Shown: positions 10,797 through 25,109 of the stretch, one piece after another
Layout: each line of letters starts with the position of its first letter
Numbering within the stretch: the stretch's first letter is position 1
Origin: Chiloscyllium plagiosum
Taxonomy: Eukaryota
Assembly (NCBI RefSeq): GCF_004010195.1
Contig: NW_025214741.1
Coordinates: 1 to 50,000, forward strand
Length of the DNA stretch: 50,000 nt
Direction of reading: 5' to 3'
The notes under the pieces: model-generated
Database searches by the model: none
What the model saw: only the letters and a program-made list of their open reading frames with translations
Told to the model about the DNA's origin: nothing
Program-made: the position numbers and the translations under genes

Positions 10797-11052
10797 CCTC
10801 TGCGCCTTTGCCAGCTCCTCCTTCAGCCGTTCTGATCCTTTCTCCCGTATTTCCACAGAGGAACTCCGCAGCCGGGAGAGGTGGTACGCATTGCGAAGCA
10901 TCTCCTCGCTCATGGGTTCAGAGGCTTCCTGCTGAGCTTTTGCTGCATGCTGCTCAGATCCTGCTTCATCATCCCCAGGCATTGCCTCCTTCCAGGTGCT
11001 GAGCACAGTTTTACTGGCCAAACACTGGCTCCCAGCAGTTAGCTTCTGATCC
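10797..11052 (-). CDS. RAB3IL1: RAB3IL1 coding exon 2 (256 nt)
   Basis: Acceptor ttcgtctcatcag|G GAT CAG AAG; donor CAG AGG|GTAAGA; encodes ...HLSRLRSSSVEIREKGSERLKEELAKAQR. Confidence 0.88.
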
Positions 11053-14000
11053 CTGATGAGACGAACAAATTAGGACCATCAGGAGTAGGTATAACTCAGT
11101 CAAAGCAACATAGCACAGCTTCAATCTTTCACAAAGAAAAACAAATTCAGCTGGTCTGGCAGCATCTGTGGAGACAGAAACAGTCAACTGTGACCCTTCC
11201 TCAGATTTCTGTTTTTCTCTTCAAAGATTAGTCAGATCTGCCAAGTTCTCTTGAAACTTTTATTTATCGTTTGTCTGAGATCTCCAGCATCTGCAGTTTT
11301 GTTGTTTCATTTTAGTGTTAAATCTTTAACTGGGTACAAAATGTGAGAAAAAAAGCACGATACAGGAAGGACAAGAGAAAGGATGGAAAAAGAGGTAAAG
11401 ACTCTGAGAATGAGCAAGGGTGAAAGAATAAGAATAATAAAGGGATTAAAAGTAAAAGAGGCATTGAGACCAAAAGATTGAGAATAAAGATCTACAGTGG
11501 GAAGAAAAAGAGTAGCAGAGCTGAATAGGAAAAAGACACAAGGACAAGTAATTGAAAAAAACTTCAATGGTGAACAGGGACGGAGTTGTGAATCCACACA
11601 TTTATAAAACATTGCAAGTTGTGAAGATAAAAGTCAACTGCAGGCCACAGCCTGTAACTGAAAATCAGAATTTAAGAAACACTAGATGGCGACCACACTC
11701 CATTGGGAAGACTGGGCATTTATCCTCAAATTTTCTTCCCTTACGGGAATTGGTAGGGTGCAGAGTGAAGCCATTTGGCCAATTGTGTCTGCATCTTCAC
11801 ATCCATCTGCACAGATGACAGGATTGAGATGGAAAACCTGGCACAGATTTCTGAGCTTCTAAAGCTGGAGTCATTAACAATCATTTTGTGCTGCAGGACT
11901 TGCATATTGCTGAGAAAAAAAAAGATACATTTTCCAAAGTTTTTCATCAGGACAATTTGCAATAAATAGCAATGTAAAAGGAAATCAATTCTTTCGTTTC
12001 ATGCTGTTACTGTGCAGTAGCACTGAGTGGAGTGCGCCACTAACAGAATGTAGACATCAAGCTAATGAATTTCAGCATCATGGAGATATTAGGTACACCA
12101 CAAAGACTGGCAGATTACATTAAACAGCTTATTCCTACTGTTGTTTGCAACCAAAGTACCCAACCAGGCAATGCTTGCAAAACTCCCAATGAACAACATT
12201 TACTAAATAAAGTCTGTGCACACAAAAATCTACACTGATAAACAATTGGGAGATTGCTAGTCCCATTTGCAGTGTGGTACACTTTCACATACATAGCACC
12301 CTAACTTTTGCAGACAGAAAGAATGTGTACACACTGCATCCATTTCAACTCAAAACAGGTGACCGCTTATTCCCTGGTTCATTTCCCAGGGGAATGCCTT
12401 TAATGAGCATCAACCCGACTGTTTAAATTTAAGCAAGTTTGTCAATTAATGGTCAGTCATTATCTAGGAAAAAAAGCTTATTCACTGAACAGATTAATTA
12501 CTAAATGAATTAATAACATGTTAAAAACAAGAAAAAGGTGAATAAGATCAGCTTAAAAAACAGATTGGTCTCTAAAATTGTTCATAAAAAGAGATGATTG
12601 AACATAGCAGCTATTGTAGTGGCCATCTTATCGGTAGCACGGATGTTGACAGTTGATTTCAATATCCTTAGTTTTGCAGAATAGTTACAATTCTATAGGT
12701 CTGATTCCTTTTGACCATGACTGAATTCCATATGCAGGGTAAGGGAGAGTCAATTTATTGTCCTGTTTCCTTTAGTTTAAACTAGTTTGCGGCACCCAGA
12801 TATTAAACCTCCAACACAGGAGTGACTCAGGAGTAGATCTTAGACTGTAAAAAACACTCAAACCCAAGCTAGTACAGACAACATTCACTCCTACTAGTAC
12901 ACTCTAGTAGAGTTAAAACTGGTTTTCTTAGCCTTGTTCTTATGTTCTTCAAAAGGAACAACATTTCTGCAGTTTGAGACCTAATCCACAGGGGGATGGC
13001 TTGCTTTTGAGCACAGGATCATTAGCCCCTTTGATTACTTCTGACTACAAAGACAACATGTCCAGTCCATTTGAAGTTTCTAGCTATTGCATCCTATCAG
13101 TCCCACACAATTTTTCATATTTGCAGTTACTTGGTCTCTGTAGAAACAGAAACAGAAACAAAAAACACATTTTAGAACCAAGCGCTAAACATTCCAGTTT
13201 TACTTTGGGGTTCCAACCACCAACTGGCATTACATCATACAGAGAAACAGAATGTAAAGTGTTCATGGAACAACAGGAAAAGCAGTGCTTTCAGGGCGAA
13301 ATAGAGGGCAGAAAGCCAGCCAGGCCAAATAAAAATCCACACACCAACAGGGAGACTTAAAGAACCATCCCTGGGCTGCGACCCACAGGAATGAAGAATC
13401 AACATAGGAATCACTCCATTCCCCAGATATTTGGACTGAGAGGGTTGCCAGTGTCAATATCAATTGCTGCTGTCTGCTGGAACTACAGTAGACTCAGGCC
13501 TATTGCAGCTGCTTTATAGCCAGGCCAATAGTGTCGTATTCAGCTCTCAGAGGGACACTGTTACTTAGGCCACACAGCAACAAAATTACACAGGTAATCT
13601 CCCATCTAAATATCCACAGGTGCGCATACACATTGGTCTCACCCAAGGACATTCTTACGGGGCATAAAATGCCCCAGTTATCATACTCCAAACTAAGTAG
13701 AATTTACATATAGTGGACTTTTTAAAAAGAGATTTCAAAAAAAAGTGATCCACTTGCAGAAGAGATGGCTATCAGGTGGTGATCTTTTGTGGTTTCTATA
13801 CAGGAATGTTTAACTCAAAATTTTTAGGATCTATGGGATTTGAATTGATGTCTCAGGACACAAACCTGGAGTTCTGGACATCTACCTCAGTGACATGACC
13901 ACTACTGCACCACCCCCACCCCCCACCTCCCCCCTCCTAGGAGAGGTGTGTCTGTTTTGGCACTTACACTTTTGGGAATGTGTGTGAATAACGATCTTTT

Positions 14001-14149
14001 TTCCTTTGGATTTAAAATACCAGTAGCTTACCTTCAAGTCTATTCCTAAAAGTCACAATACCAAGCAATTTTAAAAGATTCACTTTAAAATAAACATTTT
14101 ATGAATGACCAAGAGATTTTGTAAGATAAATCAGAGCAGGACTTATCTA

Positions 14150-14845
14150 CTCAAATGGTAGGGTTCTGGAGAGTGTTGCTAAACAAAGAGACCGAAGAGT
14201 GGAGGTTCATAGGAGAGCGAAGGCAGTGTCGGGTACACTTGTTTTTGTTGGTCAATGTTTTGACTATAGGAATTGGGACGTCATGTTGCAGCTATTCAGG
14301 ACATAGGTTTGGCCATTATTGGAATAGTGCGTGCAATTCTGGTCTCCCTCCTATAAAAAGGATGTTGTGAAACTTGAAAGGGTTCAGAAAAGATTTACAA
14401 GGACTTTGCCAGGATTGGAAAATTTGAGCTATAGGGAGAGGCTGAATAGGCTGTGGCTATTTTCCCTGGAGCATTAGAGGCTAAGGGGTGACCTTGTAAA
14501 GGTTTATAAAATCATGAGGTGCGTGGATAGTCTAAACAGACAAAATGATTTTCCCCAGGGTATGAGAATCCAAAACTACAGGGCATATGTTTAAAGTGAG
14601 GAGGGAAAAAATTTAAGAAGGGACCTAAGGGGCAACCTTTTCACGCAGTGTGGAGAGTGTGTGGAATGAGCGGGCAGAGGAAGTAGTGGAGGCTGGTACA
14701 ATTACAAAATTTAAAAAGGCATCTGCATGGGCATATGAACAGGAAGGCAGGGTTTATAGTGACATGGGCCAAAAACTGGCAAATAGGGCGAAGTTCATTT
14801 TGGATATCTGGTCCAAATGGGGTCTGGTTCCATGCACTGACGATG
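14150..14845 (+). mobile_element. CR1 (HER1-like) LINE 3' fragment
   Basis: CR1 ORF2 C-terminal signature (tgcaattctggtctccc...ttgaaagggttcagaaaagatttacaagg...gaggctaaggggtgacctt) and 3' UTR; no intact ORF. Confidence 0.85.
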
Positions 14846-15689
14846 TGCAATGGGGGAATGTTACCCCACCACCTCTCTCCTAATAATAGACATTCTATTT
14901 GTACTCCATAAACCCAATTCACAAGTTTAGTCAGCAGGAATACAAGTTATGTAAAGTGAACATTTCAGTATCAAGTGAGGAAGAGATCAGGGTTTGATCA
15001 GGCGTGCAAAGATGCCATTTGAGATGTCCCACTGCCACTACAAGACTGCTGGTGGCGATAGAATTGCAGTCAAACAAGAGTCAGTGCCTGCTGCAGTGCA
15101 GACAGAAAAATGGAAAGAAATGGAATGGAAGCAAGCCAAAAGCATGGGATGTGTTTCAGATTAGTAAGTGAAATGGCTGCTGATGCTGGCCACATTTTAA
15201 GTGGTATAAGCAACTTCTTTGAAAAACACGTACCTTCCCATTTTAGGAACAAAATGGGATTGTAAACTGGTGAAAGATTCATTAGTGCAGTCAGTTTCAT
15301 ACAAGACCATTAGACGGATTCTTCCTGCTTCAAAACATTAGGCGAGAGGACAAACTGATCACAAGACAGGCACTCACTCAACGTACAACATCTCTATACA
15401 AACCAGTCTGGATAACAGGAAAAAGCTTGAACATTTTTGAAAAGCTAACATAATAATACTTAATATGTGAAAACAAGTAATTCAATAGTACATGCAAAGC
15501 AATGGAATCGCCAACCTATGACCTTTACTGTCATTTAGCACTTGCTAACAAGTATGATTAACTAGCGACAGGGAATTTCCTTGGTGGACATGGGCTCTGG
15601 CGGCCCCCGTGTGGCTGATAAACTTGATCCTAGAAGAGCATCTCTGACCATGAATTTGGAACGTGCTTCCAAGAGCTAGAATTGGTCCT

Positions 15690-17290
15690 TGGTCTAGAGA
15701 CCATTGGCATTCCTTCTTCCAGTTCATTTCCTGCATTTCCTCTTGCTGCCCTATGTTCTTTAAGAATTGCCCCTTCACGTAGGAGTTTCCTCCAAGTCAG
15801 TCTCTTCTGAATGTTAGTGTCCCATGGATTGACATCTATGCTCTATTTCTTGAGTTAAGCCTTCAAGGAATCTTGGAAACACTTCTTTTGTCCACCTCTC
15901 ATTCGAGTACCTTCCTTGAGCAGCTGAATGAAGGTGGTTTTGTTTTGGCAGTTGGAACTTGGACAACCTAAACACATGGCCAGTTTATTCCAGATGATCA
16001 TATTCTTGATGCTGGTGTTGTCAGCTGCTTCAAGGATATTGTTGTTAGTATGGCTGTCCTCCTGCTGATGTGGAGAACCCATCACAAACAAACAAATCAT
16101 GTTGCTGGTACCTCAAAAAGGCCTTGATGTGACATCTATATCCAAGTAGTCAGAGTCATACAGAACAGTCAGAAAGATGACCACATTGTATAAAAGGATC
16201 TGGTACTAGCACAGACGTCAGTGGAAGATTCTCGTCCTTCGGTGTTCAAAAGGCAGCACACGCAGACTGGATAAAATGTTGAATCACCCCATTGATGGCG
16301 AGTGAGGATTTTGTCAATCTTAAAAAGGAGAGGTGAACTTGAAACTGACCTGGCATGAGTGGCAAAGGATGCATGATTTCCTGAGGCGGAAGCTAATTCT
16401 TCCACAACTTTCCGTGAAAGCTGTAAGCGAGGCTTGAAGATTCCATTCAGAGAGAGAGCAAAGGTGATATTTTCATCTGCATGCTGAAGTTGCACAAATG
16501 AGGTCAGTGCTGTTTTCTACTGGGATTTCAACTGGTTGGAGGTTGAAAAGTTCGCTGTCCATCCTGTAGACAATGCCCACATCACTATGAAGCTTGTTCT
16601 TGACAAAGATGAGGAATGATGGCAGTGAAGATGAAGAAATGGTTGGGAAGGGGTGATGATGCATCTCTGCTTGACCTCAAAAAAAGAATGTTATATAACC
16701 ACTGGTGAGGATCACTGACATAGTGCCATGGATGAGATGAAGGATGTTGATGGTCAGCCAGCCTTTGACAGGACCTTAAATACCACTTCCTGATTGGAGT
16801 GAAAATGGTTGGTCAAGTTGATCAAGACCATGTAAAGAGTGGTTAGTATTGTCCCTGGCATTTCTCTTGGATTGCTGAGTAGTGAAAAATCATATTGCTA
16901 ATTCCATGGTTTGTTCAAAAGTCACAATGGCTTTCAGGAAGGATTTCTTTCGGAATTATGAGAAGGTGCCTAACAAGAATTTCGGTGATGATCTTCCCAG
17001 TATTAGAGAGTCGAGATTCCTCTATAATTCCCATAGACTGTCTTGTCTCCTTTCTTGAGGAAAAAAAAGGTGCTGATGGTGGTGTCCCCAAGATCGGCAA
17101 GGATTTCGGCCTTGTCCCAGATTTTCAGGAACAGTTGTTGTGGATGAAGGGTAAGCTCAGCTCCTTCAAGTTTGAAATTCACCACCAGAAATCCAACTAC
17201 TCCTGCAGCTTTTCTATTCTTCCTGTGTCTAATAGAGGCTTTAAATGTCCACCACACTGGGTGGGAGTCCAAGATCATCTTTGATAGGGG
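15690..17290 (-). mobile_element. Decayed RTE-clade LINE fragment
   Basis: Fragmented minus frames give KKGDKTVYGNYRGISTL, ILPESHCDF, GIVYRMDSELFNL, LQHADE (decayed YADD) and RGGQKKCFQDSLKA, all typical of RTE-clade RT. Confidence 0.8.
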
Positions 17291-17428
17291 ATTTCCTTAA
17301 AAAAAAAAAGTCCTCATTGATGATGACATGACTGTTTCAAATATCTAAAACTGTCTCTCCCTTGGAGACAGATGTTTTGACTAACAGAGGGTTCAATTCT
17401 TACTCTGCACTGGTTTGAGGCCAAGGGA

Positions 17429-17565
17429 GTTGAAAGGAATTATCAGGAATGTGCTTTGGCAAGCTTATGCCCAAAACTTTGATTCTCCTACTCCTCAGAT
17501 GCTGCCTGACCTGCTGTGCTTTTCCAGCATCACACTTCTAATCTCCAGCCCTCACTTTCTCCTTA
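17429..17565 (+). mobile_element. Short Penelope-derived element (family A), hammerhead lost
   Basis: Body gatgctgcctgacctgctgtgcttttccagc...ctcactttctcct; flanking duplication aggccaaggga (17418-17428 / 17566-17576). Confidence 0.7.
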
Positions 17566-19789
17566 AGGCCAAGGGACCTGGGTTTGTATACCACCTTGGT
17601 GACACTGAAAAAAACCCAGGTAAAGTCAGAGGAGGAACAACCAGACAAAACACAACCCAACCCAAAACAGGTCCTCAACTGGCAGAAGATATTTGAGATA
17701 TAAAATCAACCTTTGCTGTCAGACACAAAGTACAGTTCACTTCACTGAAGGGGGGAAACTAAGCAGCGAATATGCAGAGTGCATTCTGGGAAAGTCTGCT
17801 CTTTTCCCTCCTAATGAATTCTGGGCCCTTAGCTTGAATTTACCAGCATCTTGAACCCACCATAACGCAAAGATGTTCCTGAAAACAATTTGTTGTTTCA
17901 AAAATGTAAATGAAGTAGCTGCACAGACTTCAATGAAGTTTTACAGGAAGCTGATTCTCACACTGCGCTAAATATGGGTTTTTTTTTTAAATCTCAGCCC
18001 ATATCTACAACCATCCCAGGAGCAGTGCTTTCAGAATGCAAAAATCACAATGTCAGTTCCAGCCATTGGTCAAGATCTATCAAAGGGCTGATCAGGCTCA
18101 ACGGCTAGATGGCTAAACTCTGCTCCCAAGTTTAGGGCAGATGACAAACTGAAAGAGGGGGCATAAAAAGGCTTAGATTTATAAAATGCAGGATACCTCA
18201 AAAGATCTTTTCCAAAAAAAAAACTGAAAGAAGCCCAGAGGCAAGTGGCTGATTAGAGTCATACAAAATACTTATTTAACTAATTAAAATGTATTTTAAG
18301 GACAAATTAATGTCACAAAAATGATAAAAAGGTTCACTATATATTTTTTCCTCTTTCATGAAGTTGATGAACCGTAAAATATTCTTTGGCTTTACAACAT
18401 TGTAAACACATGTTTTTCATCCTTTCAAAGCATTTAGGTCGGGGTTTCTTTTGATGCACCGTACAAGACTGGATAAGAACCTCTATCTAACACAGTCTAG
18501 GAAGTTTGGCCAGAACCTGCTGGAGACATCACTGGCTACCAGAGGTATCCAGGTGTACCTGCTCTTGTTGCTCTAGCACTATATAAAGGAAAACAGATAG
18601 TTTCAAAAAGGGCCATAAAGGCCTTAAAAACTGAAGCAAATTAATTTACTTCACCCATGGCAGAGCCGAAATGATCACAGTTCCAGTCTAATGGCCGGCA
18701 TGGAGATGTTACTGCACAGAGTTGGATGGAGGAAGGGTTTGCAATCCAAAGCACTGAAAAAGACCTGGAATGCTGCATACAGAATCACAAAGACTCAAAC
18801 AGACGCAGACGTATCCTTGCCTTGTTCTGGCGTGATAGTTGACTCTTCAAAAATCAAGTCACAACACAGAAGATAAATTGCCACCAATGAGCTCTTTCAT
18901 AATTTAAGAGAAACGGCATCAGAAATCCCACTTTATATGTTATCTTCTCGGGGTTGTACCACTGGCAGGCCAGTTACAGCAAGTGAAGGAATTTAAGAAT
19001 TCGAAATTAATTGTAATTGTCATGTGTACTCATAGGGATACTGGAATAGTGAAGAGTGTACAAAGTTGCCACTCGGAGCACCATTTTAGCTACAAGGTAG
19101 TTAACTACAAAAAGAAAAAATTAAGTACATTATTGACTTTGAACTTAGCTTTACAGTTCTTCTCGATATAAAGTGAGGGGAAGATTCCCCAACAGCTGTT
19201 CACTCAAAGCTTTACTGGAGACTAAGATCCTGAAAATATTGAAGATTCAAACCAGCAATATGGGATTGTAGCTTAGAAACCAATAATGCTACCAACTGAT
19301 TCAACTAAAACACGAAATTGCATATTTATCTTCATGCAATATTTAATGTTCCTTTTAATACCATTACTGGAAAAAAAACTGTAAATCAACATTCCAATGA
19401 GAATTCAGAGTATTGTTTTATTCTTCAGAGAATGTCTTTGAGAAGTCAAAACCAGAATTCCATTTGGTTAGAACTAAGTAAAATAAAATAAAATGAGCCA
19501 TTGCATTACTTGGTACATTTTATAAGCCACCAAATAGCAGGAGAAACAGAGGAAAGCAAAAGATAAGGAGTTGCTTAAGGTGTGCAAAAACTACAAGTTC
19601 ATAGCAAAAGACTTCAACTAACGCAATACTGAATTTAGTTTCCTGACAGAAAAAGTGAAGAAGAATTTCAGAAGTGTGTGCCCAGTGGCAAAGAAGTTAT
19701 TATATGTAGCCCTGGGAAATGAAAGGAGTCAAGTGTAAAATGTCAGTTGGCAGCACATTGAAAATATAATGTTCATAACATCAAATTTT

Positions 19790-20820
19790 AGATTAACAAA
19801 GAAATTGAATACAAAATTGGCTTGAAGGCAGAAAGTAGAGGGTGGTGGTGGAGGGCTGCCTTTCAGACTAGAGGCCTGTGACCAGCATATGCCACAAGGA
19901 TCAGTGCTGAGCTCACTTTTGTCTGTCACTCAAATGTTGTGGATGTGAATATAGGTGGTGTGGTTTGTAAGTTTGCAAATAAAACCAAGGTGGTGTAGTT
20001 GACAGTGAAGATCTTAAGAGTACAATGGAAATTAATCAGAAGGGCTAATAGGCTGAGGAATGGAAGATAGAGTTTAATTTAAATGTGAGGTGTTACATTA
20101 TTGATAAGTCAAATAAGGACAGGACTTATACAGTTAAATGTAGCTAGAGCCCTGGGAAGTGTTGACAAATGATGAGACCCGGGTGTATACATGCATGGTT
20201 CCTTGTAAGTGGAGTCATGGGTAGACAGGTTAGTGAAGGTGATTGGCACACTTGTCAGATTAGTCAGAACATCGAGTACAGGAGTTAGAATGTCATGTTA
20301 CGGCTGTGTAAGACATTGATGAGGTTACCTATAATACTGCATATTATTCTGGCCACCCTTCTACTGGAAGGATATTGTTAAATTGGAGAAGGTGCAGGCG
20401 ATATTTACAAGGATGTTACTGGGACTGAAGGGTTGGAGTTTAAAGTGAGATGATGAACAGGCTGAACAAGGAGAAAGAGGCTGAGGGGTGATCTTAAAAT
20501 CACGGATAGGTTAACAAGCCAAGATTTTATTCCTCGGGCAGGGAGTCCAAAACTAGAGGGCATAGGCTTATGGTGAGGGGAAAGATTTAAAAAACAAAAA
20601 CCTGAAGGGTAACTTTTCCACAGAGGATGATGCATGTCTGGAATAAGCTGCCAGAGGAAGGGATGTTGCAGGCTGATACAATTGCAACATTTAAAAAGGC
20701 ATCTGGATGGGTATATGATTAGGAAGGGCTTGAGAGTGATATGGGCCAAGTGCTGGCAAATGGGACAAGGTCAGATTGGGAATGTCTGGACCAACGGATC
20801 TGTTTCTGTGCTATGACTAA
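19790..20820 (+). mobile_element. CR1 LINE 3' fragment
   Basis: Decayed GVPQGSVLG (gccacaaggatcagtgctgagc) and KFADD-like (aagtttgcaaataaaacc) regions, and the same 3' end as 14150-14845. Confidence 0.82.
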
Positions 20821-21496
20821 GTCAGCTGGAATTAAATTCCAATTATTTAATCTAAAATTATGATGGCATTGATTGGTTTGATTAGCTCCAACACTACAGG
20901 TGGGAGAATGGAATAACCATTATATAATTCAAAAGATAAGCAAGGTTGTAAGGTTGGTTCAGTTATGTTTACAACCATCAGCTTCTTTAAAATTCAGTTG
21001 TCAGTTATTTAAAATCATGGACTCCAGCACCTGTGTGTGTCAGAATATTTCAAAGAACCAATCAAACATTTGAAATCAGAGACAGTCAGAATAGAAATTT
21101 CAAGAGATACACGATATCAGTGTAGCACCTATAACATTAGGCAATAGAGGAAATGAGCACTCAGCATTCAAAGTGAGTTCCAAACATTAGTAATTCAGTC
21201 AAGCTACAAAAATAAAAAAGCATCTTATGTCATTACATTTAGAAAGTATGTTTCTGTAAATAGAATGCATTTAGTCACCTTTTTTGATGATAAAACTCAA
21301 AGTCTGAAACAAGTTCTAATGATGTGATTCACTCCCAGCTATTTTTAAATACAAAATAGAATCTGTGCACGAACTGTCGTACTTAAAGATAATTAATGGG
21401 AAAGTTTTTCTTAGTTGCCATCCTAGGCATGTTACTCAAAGCAATTAGGGGGAAAGTGAGGGTGCAATAGAGTTCAACTAAGTTCAGTGATCCAGC

Positions 21497-21877
21497 TCTG
21501 CTCAGTGGTTAGTATTACTGCCTCAGGTTCAATTCTCACCTCATTCGACATTCTCCCTGTGACTGCATGGGTTTCCTCCCACAAACCAAAAGATGTGCAG
21601 GTCAGGTGAACTGGCTACGTTAAATTGCCCATAGTGGAAATAAGCTTTATTCCTAATGAAGGGCTTTTGCCTGAAACGTCGATTTTACTGCTCCTCGGAT
21701 GCTGCCTGAACTGCTGTGCTTTTCCAGCACCACTAACCCAGAATCTACAGTCATTGTCTTTACCTAAATTGCCCATAGTATTAGGTGTAATAGTCAGGGG
21801 TAAGTATAGGGTAGGGGAATGGGTCTGGGTGGGTTACTCTTCCGAGGGTCAGTGTAGACTTGTTGGGAATCTAATTA
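21497..21877 (+). mobile_element. Degenerate V-SINE interrupted by a Penelope-derived insertion
   Basis: Head gctcagtggttagtattactgcctcaggttcaattc, V-domain remnant, then tail sequence resuming after a duplicated taaattgcccatagt. Confidence 0.75.
21636..21764 (+). mobile_element. Short Penelope-derived element nested in a V-SINE
   Basis: 15-bp TSD taaattgcccatagt (21621-21635 / 21765-21779); mutated hammerhead CTAATGAAGGGCTTTTGCCTGAAACGTC. Confidence 0.78.
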
Positions 21878-24800
21878 TATCGAAAGAAATCTGTTCACAG
21901 GATTGAGGCTGCCATTGGCAATGTGGGAATGAAAGAAGACAGTGCCACCTGTAGCACCCCCCCCCACCCCATCATCGGGAAACCATGAGAAGTTACTCTA
22001 TTTTATCCCTTGAGATCAAACCCTTGGCCCACATGGATGTTTATTTTCTTCTTGCTATTTTTCAAAACCCATATTCTCTCTACAGAACTACACTGTCATG
22101 TGAACGTGCGAGTTTGGGATAAAGCGGATATAATTTAATTCCACATAGAAGCTTTGTTAACCAGTTTGACTACTTATGGGAAGAATAAGATTATAAACAA
22201 GTTATTTTTGAGTTTAGTACATAAAATCTGGTGTAAGTTTGTATTACTATCCAGAATTAAAAAACAAATTGACCTTTTATGAATAAAATACACTTTAAGC
22301 ACCGCTTCTGTAGTGCTTGGGATTGATTACCCATGCACTCCTCCCAGACTCATAAGCTATCCTGTTCAACTTAAATTAAGTTTGCTTTCCAGTGATTTAA
22401 TCAGAGAACCTCAAACATAAAACACAAACTTTATTTGAAATGTTTTCCTTCTGGAGGGAAAACATCTACCTTGAATGCACGTGGACAGATTCATTGGCTA
22501 TGTGCCCAGCAAATGGCCTAATTTTCAAGTTAATGGAACTACTTGATGGTAGGGCATATTTACATTAGCTACCCCTAGAAATAAATGGCATGGAAAAATC
22601 CCAAAGGGATGAATTTTAAAATAAGTCTGAAAAAATGCTAAGGACATATTGCAAAACTGGAACATATACAAAAAGGCAATATGACATTGACTCAGATGTC
22701 CCACCATCCATGGAGATTTCCTCAGACATTCTATACAGTCAAATGCAACATACAGCAAGATCTAATCCCAAGCAGATGGAAAATAGTGTTGGCCCTCATT
22801 ATAATGCACCATGATATCTTAGTGAATCTGTGAAGCATTTTTATGAAATGATGTGCCAGCGGATGACACTCAGCACTAAAACAATGCAGACCTGGCCACA
22901 AGGAGCAGACCCAGATTTTTATGACAAAGCGACTGTTCCAGTCCAACAAAACAGGGACTGGAAAACATACCCATTAATAGGGTATGTTAAAAACCACCAG
23001 GCCTACTTCATAGGTGGGTTCAATTAATCTTGCTCCATCTCTAGAAATGCAGCACAATCATGGCAAAAAACATTAAAATTATGCTCTTGCTTTCCAAGTC
23101 TCTCAGATGGTTAGCAATCTCCCGGTTTTATCATTTGAACAACCTTAGAGTCCAGAGTGGAAAGAGCCCAAGAAGCAATTACCACAAAGACAAAAACTGG
23201 CTACTAATCTGGAGAACTAGGAAAAGCCCTTCTCAGACAGATGAAAAATTAAGCCAAGACACGACAGTATTTTTTAATTCTCCCCTCAACTTAGATTGAT
23301 CTTGGACTTTAATTAGTAATTGGGTTAGATCAAATGGTGGCACTGACTTGAGAGAGGACCAGCATTAGGATAATGGACTGTGACAGAGAGTGGGAGCAGT
23401 AAGAGATAATAGAAATTAAAAGCTATAAAACTAAAAGGATAGGGAAAAGGAAGTGTTAAGAATTTGGAGTATTGGAAAGTTCCATCTTGGCAGCAGGATT
23501 AAAACTCAGCATTAACCTAGAAACTAATCCGGAAAAGAGTTATCTAACACTGCTTTGACTTACAAATTATATCATAATTCATCTCATTGAAATCTTTGTA
23601 TCTGCTAAAAAACACAGGGGCTGAAGTAATTTGTTTAGCCCAAGGCACTTAACCAAGGAATATCCAATAATATTCAGCGATCAGATGTCACATAACAAAT
23701 TAACTTAATTTCCAGTACATTGCCCAAGGTGGTCACCTCTTCCTGTAAAACTGGGATTTGTCACAGCAAACAGACTGGATTTATCTGGAATTTACTTACT
23801 TCATGTCCTGAAATTGCATAATTCAGATCCTGTACGTTTATTCATTCTTGCATAAAGGTAAAACACAGAGGGGCAGGATTAATCAAACTATTCTACAAAC
23901 ACCCAGCACAAGCACGATCAACCAAATGATGTTCTTTTGTGACATATCATTTTGATTGTCATATTTGGACACTTGTCCCGCCTGAACTCAGGATTAATTT
24001 ATTTTTAAAGTGGCCAAATCATATCCCATTTTCACAATACTCTCAATGTATCAATTTAGATAAGGTTCTGCCCAGACTCACTTTCCATAAAGGTCAAAGG
24101 AATTGACCCCTGAAGCCTGCTCCATTATTCAATAGGATCATTGCTGATCCAACATTCCTCACACTGACTTCCCTGTACTTTCTCCATAAGCTTTAATGCT
24201 CCTACAGATCAAGAATTTTTCACCCTTAAAATATTCCCTATATACACTATACATCAATTCATGATAATGGAGCTGATTTTTAAAAAACATCCAGTGGACA
24301 CTGACATTAGACATCTTGAAATGATTTCATTCTCTTCAACAGTGGGAGACAGCAATCAAAAGGAAGTCAGTACAGTGCTAGCAGTCCTGATTGGCCAATC
24401 ATAGACATGGAGAGGCCACACCTTGGACTTCTATGTCTACATGGAACGTTAGCAGAACGTGCAGAAACCAGGCAAGAGGAGAACACTATGGGTAGAGAAG
24501 AGCTAAGAATGATCAATTGCAATCTGCAAATGTATATACATTTTGTTTCCTGCTTTGAGAAGCAAACAGATTGAAATTCAAAGGGAAACAACAATATGTT
24601 AGCTTATGTTATACATAAAATAATGTTGTCTGATAGGGTTTTAAGGATCTAAGTCATGACAATCAGGTCACATGATACAAAATTGACCTCTATCCCTCGC
24701 ACATATTTTGTAACAATCTTCCAGAGATTGCCTGGATTGAGGGACAGGACTAACTGAAGGTGAGCAATAGCATGGTACACTGAGAGGAGCAGTTCTGCCA

Positions 24801-25109
24801 AAATGTGTTTACAGGAACAACTAATCATTGCACAGGAACCAGTTGTGATGCAGCAACTGTAAAATATTTCAACATGCTTTCACTTCCTTCAAATAGAGCC
24901 CTCTTTACCACACTCTTTAATGCAGCAAGGGGACAGTCAATGTCAAGGATTGTTCTGCTTGTTAGATTTTCAGTTTTCAAACCATGGCTAAGTATCAGGC
25001 AGAGTCTAAGACTATATCCTCAACTGAACTGATTTCTGCATGGTCCTAATGCCCATCTGATGTAAAGTCTGTGGCCAAGCATATGACTATAATTAGCCCC
25101 TGTGGCTAA

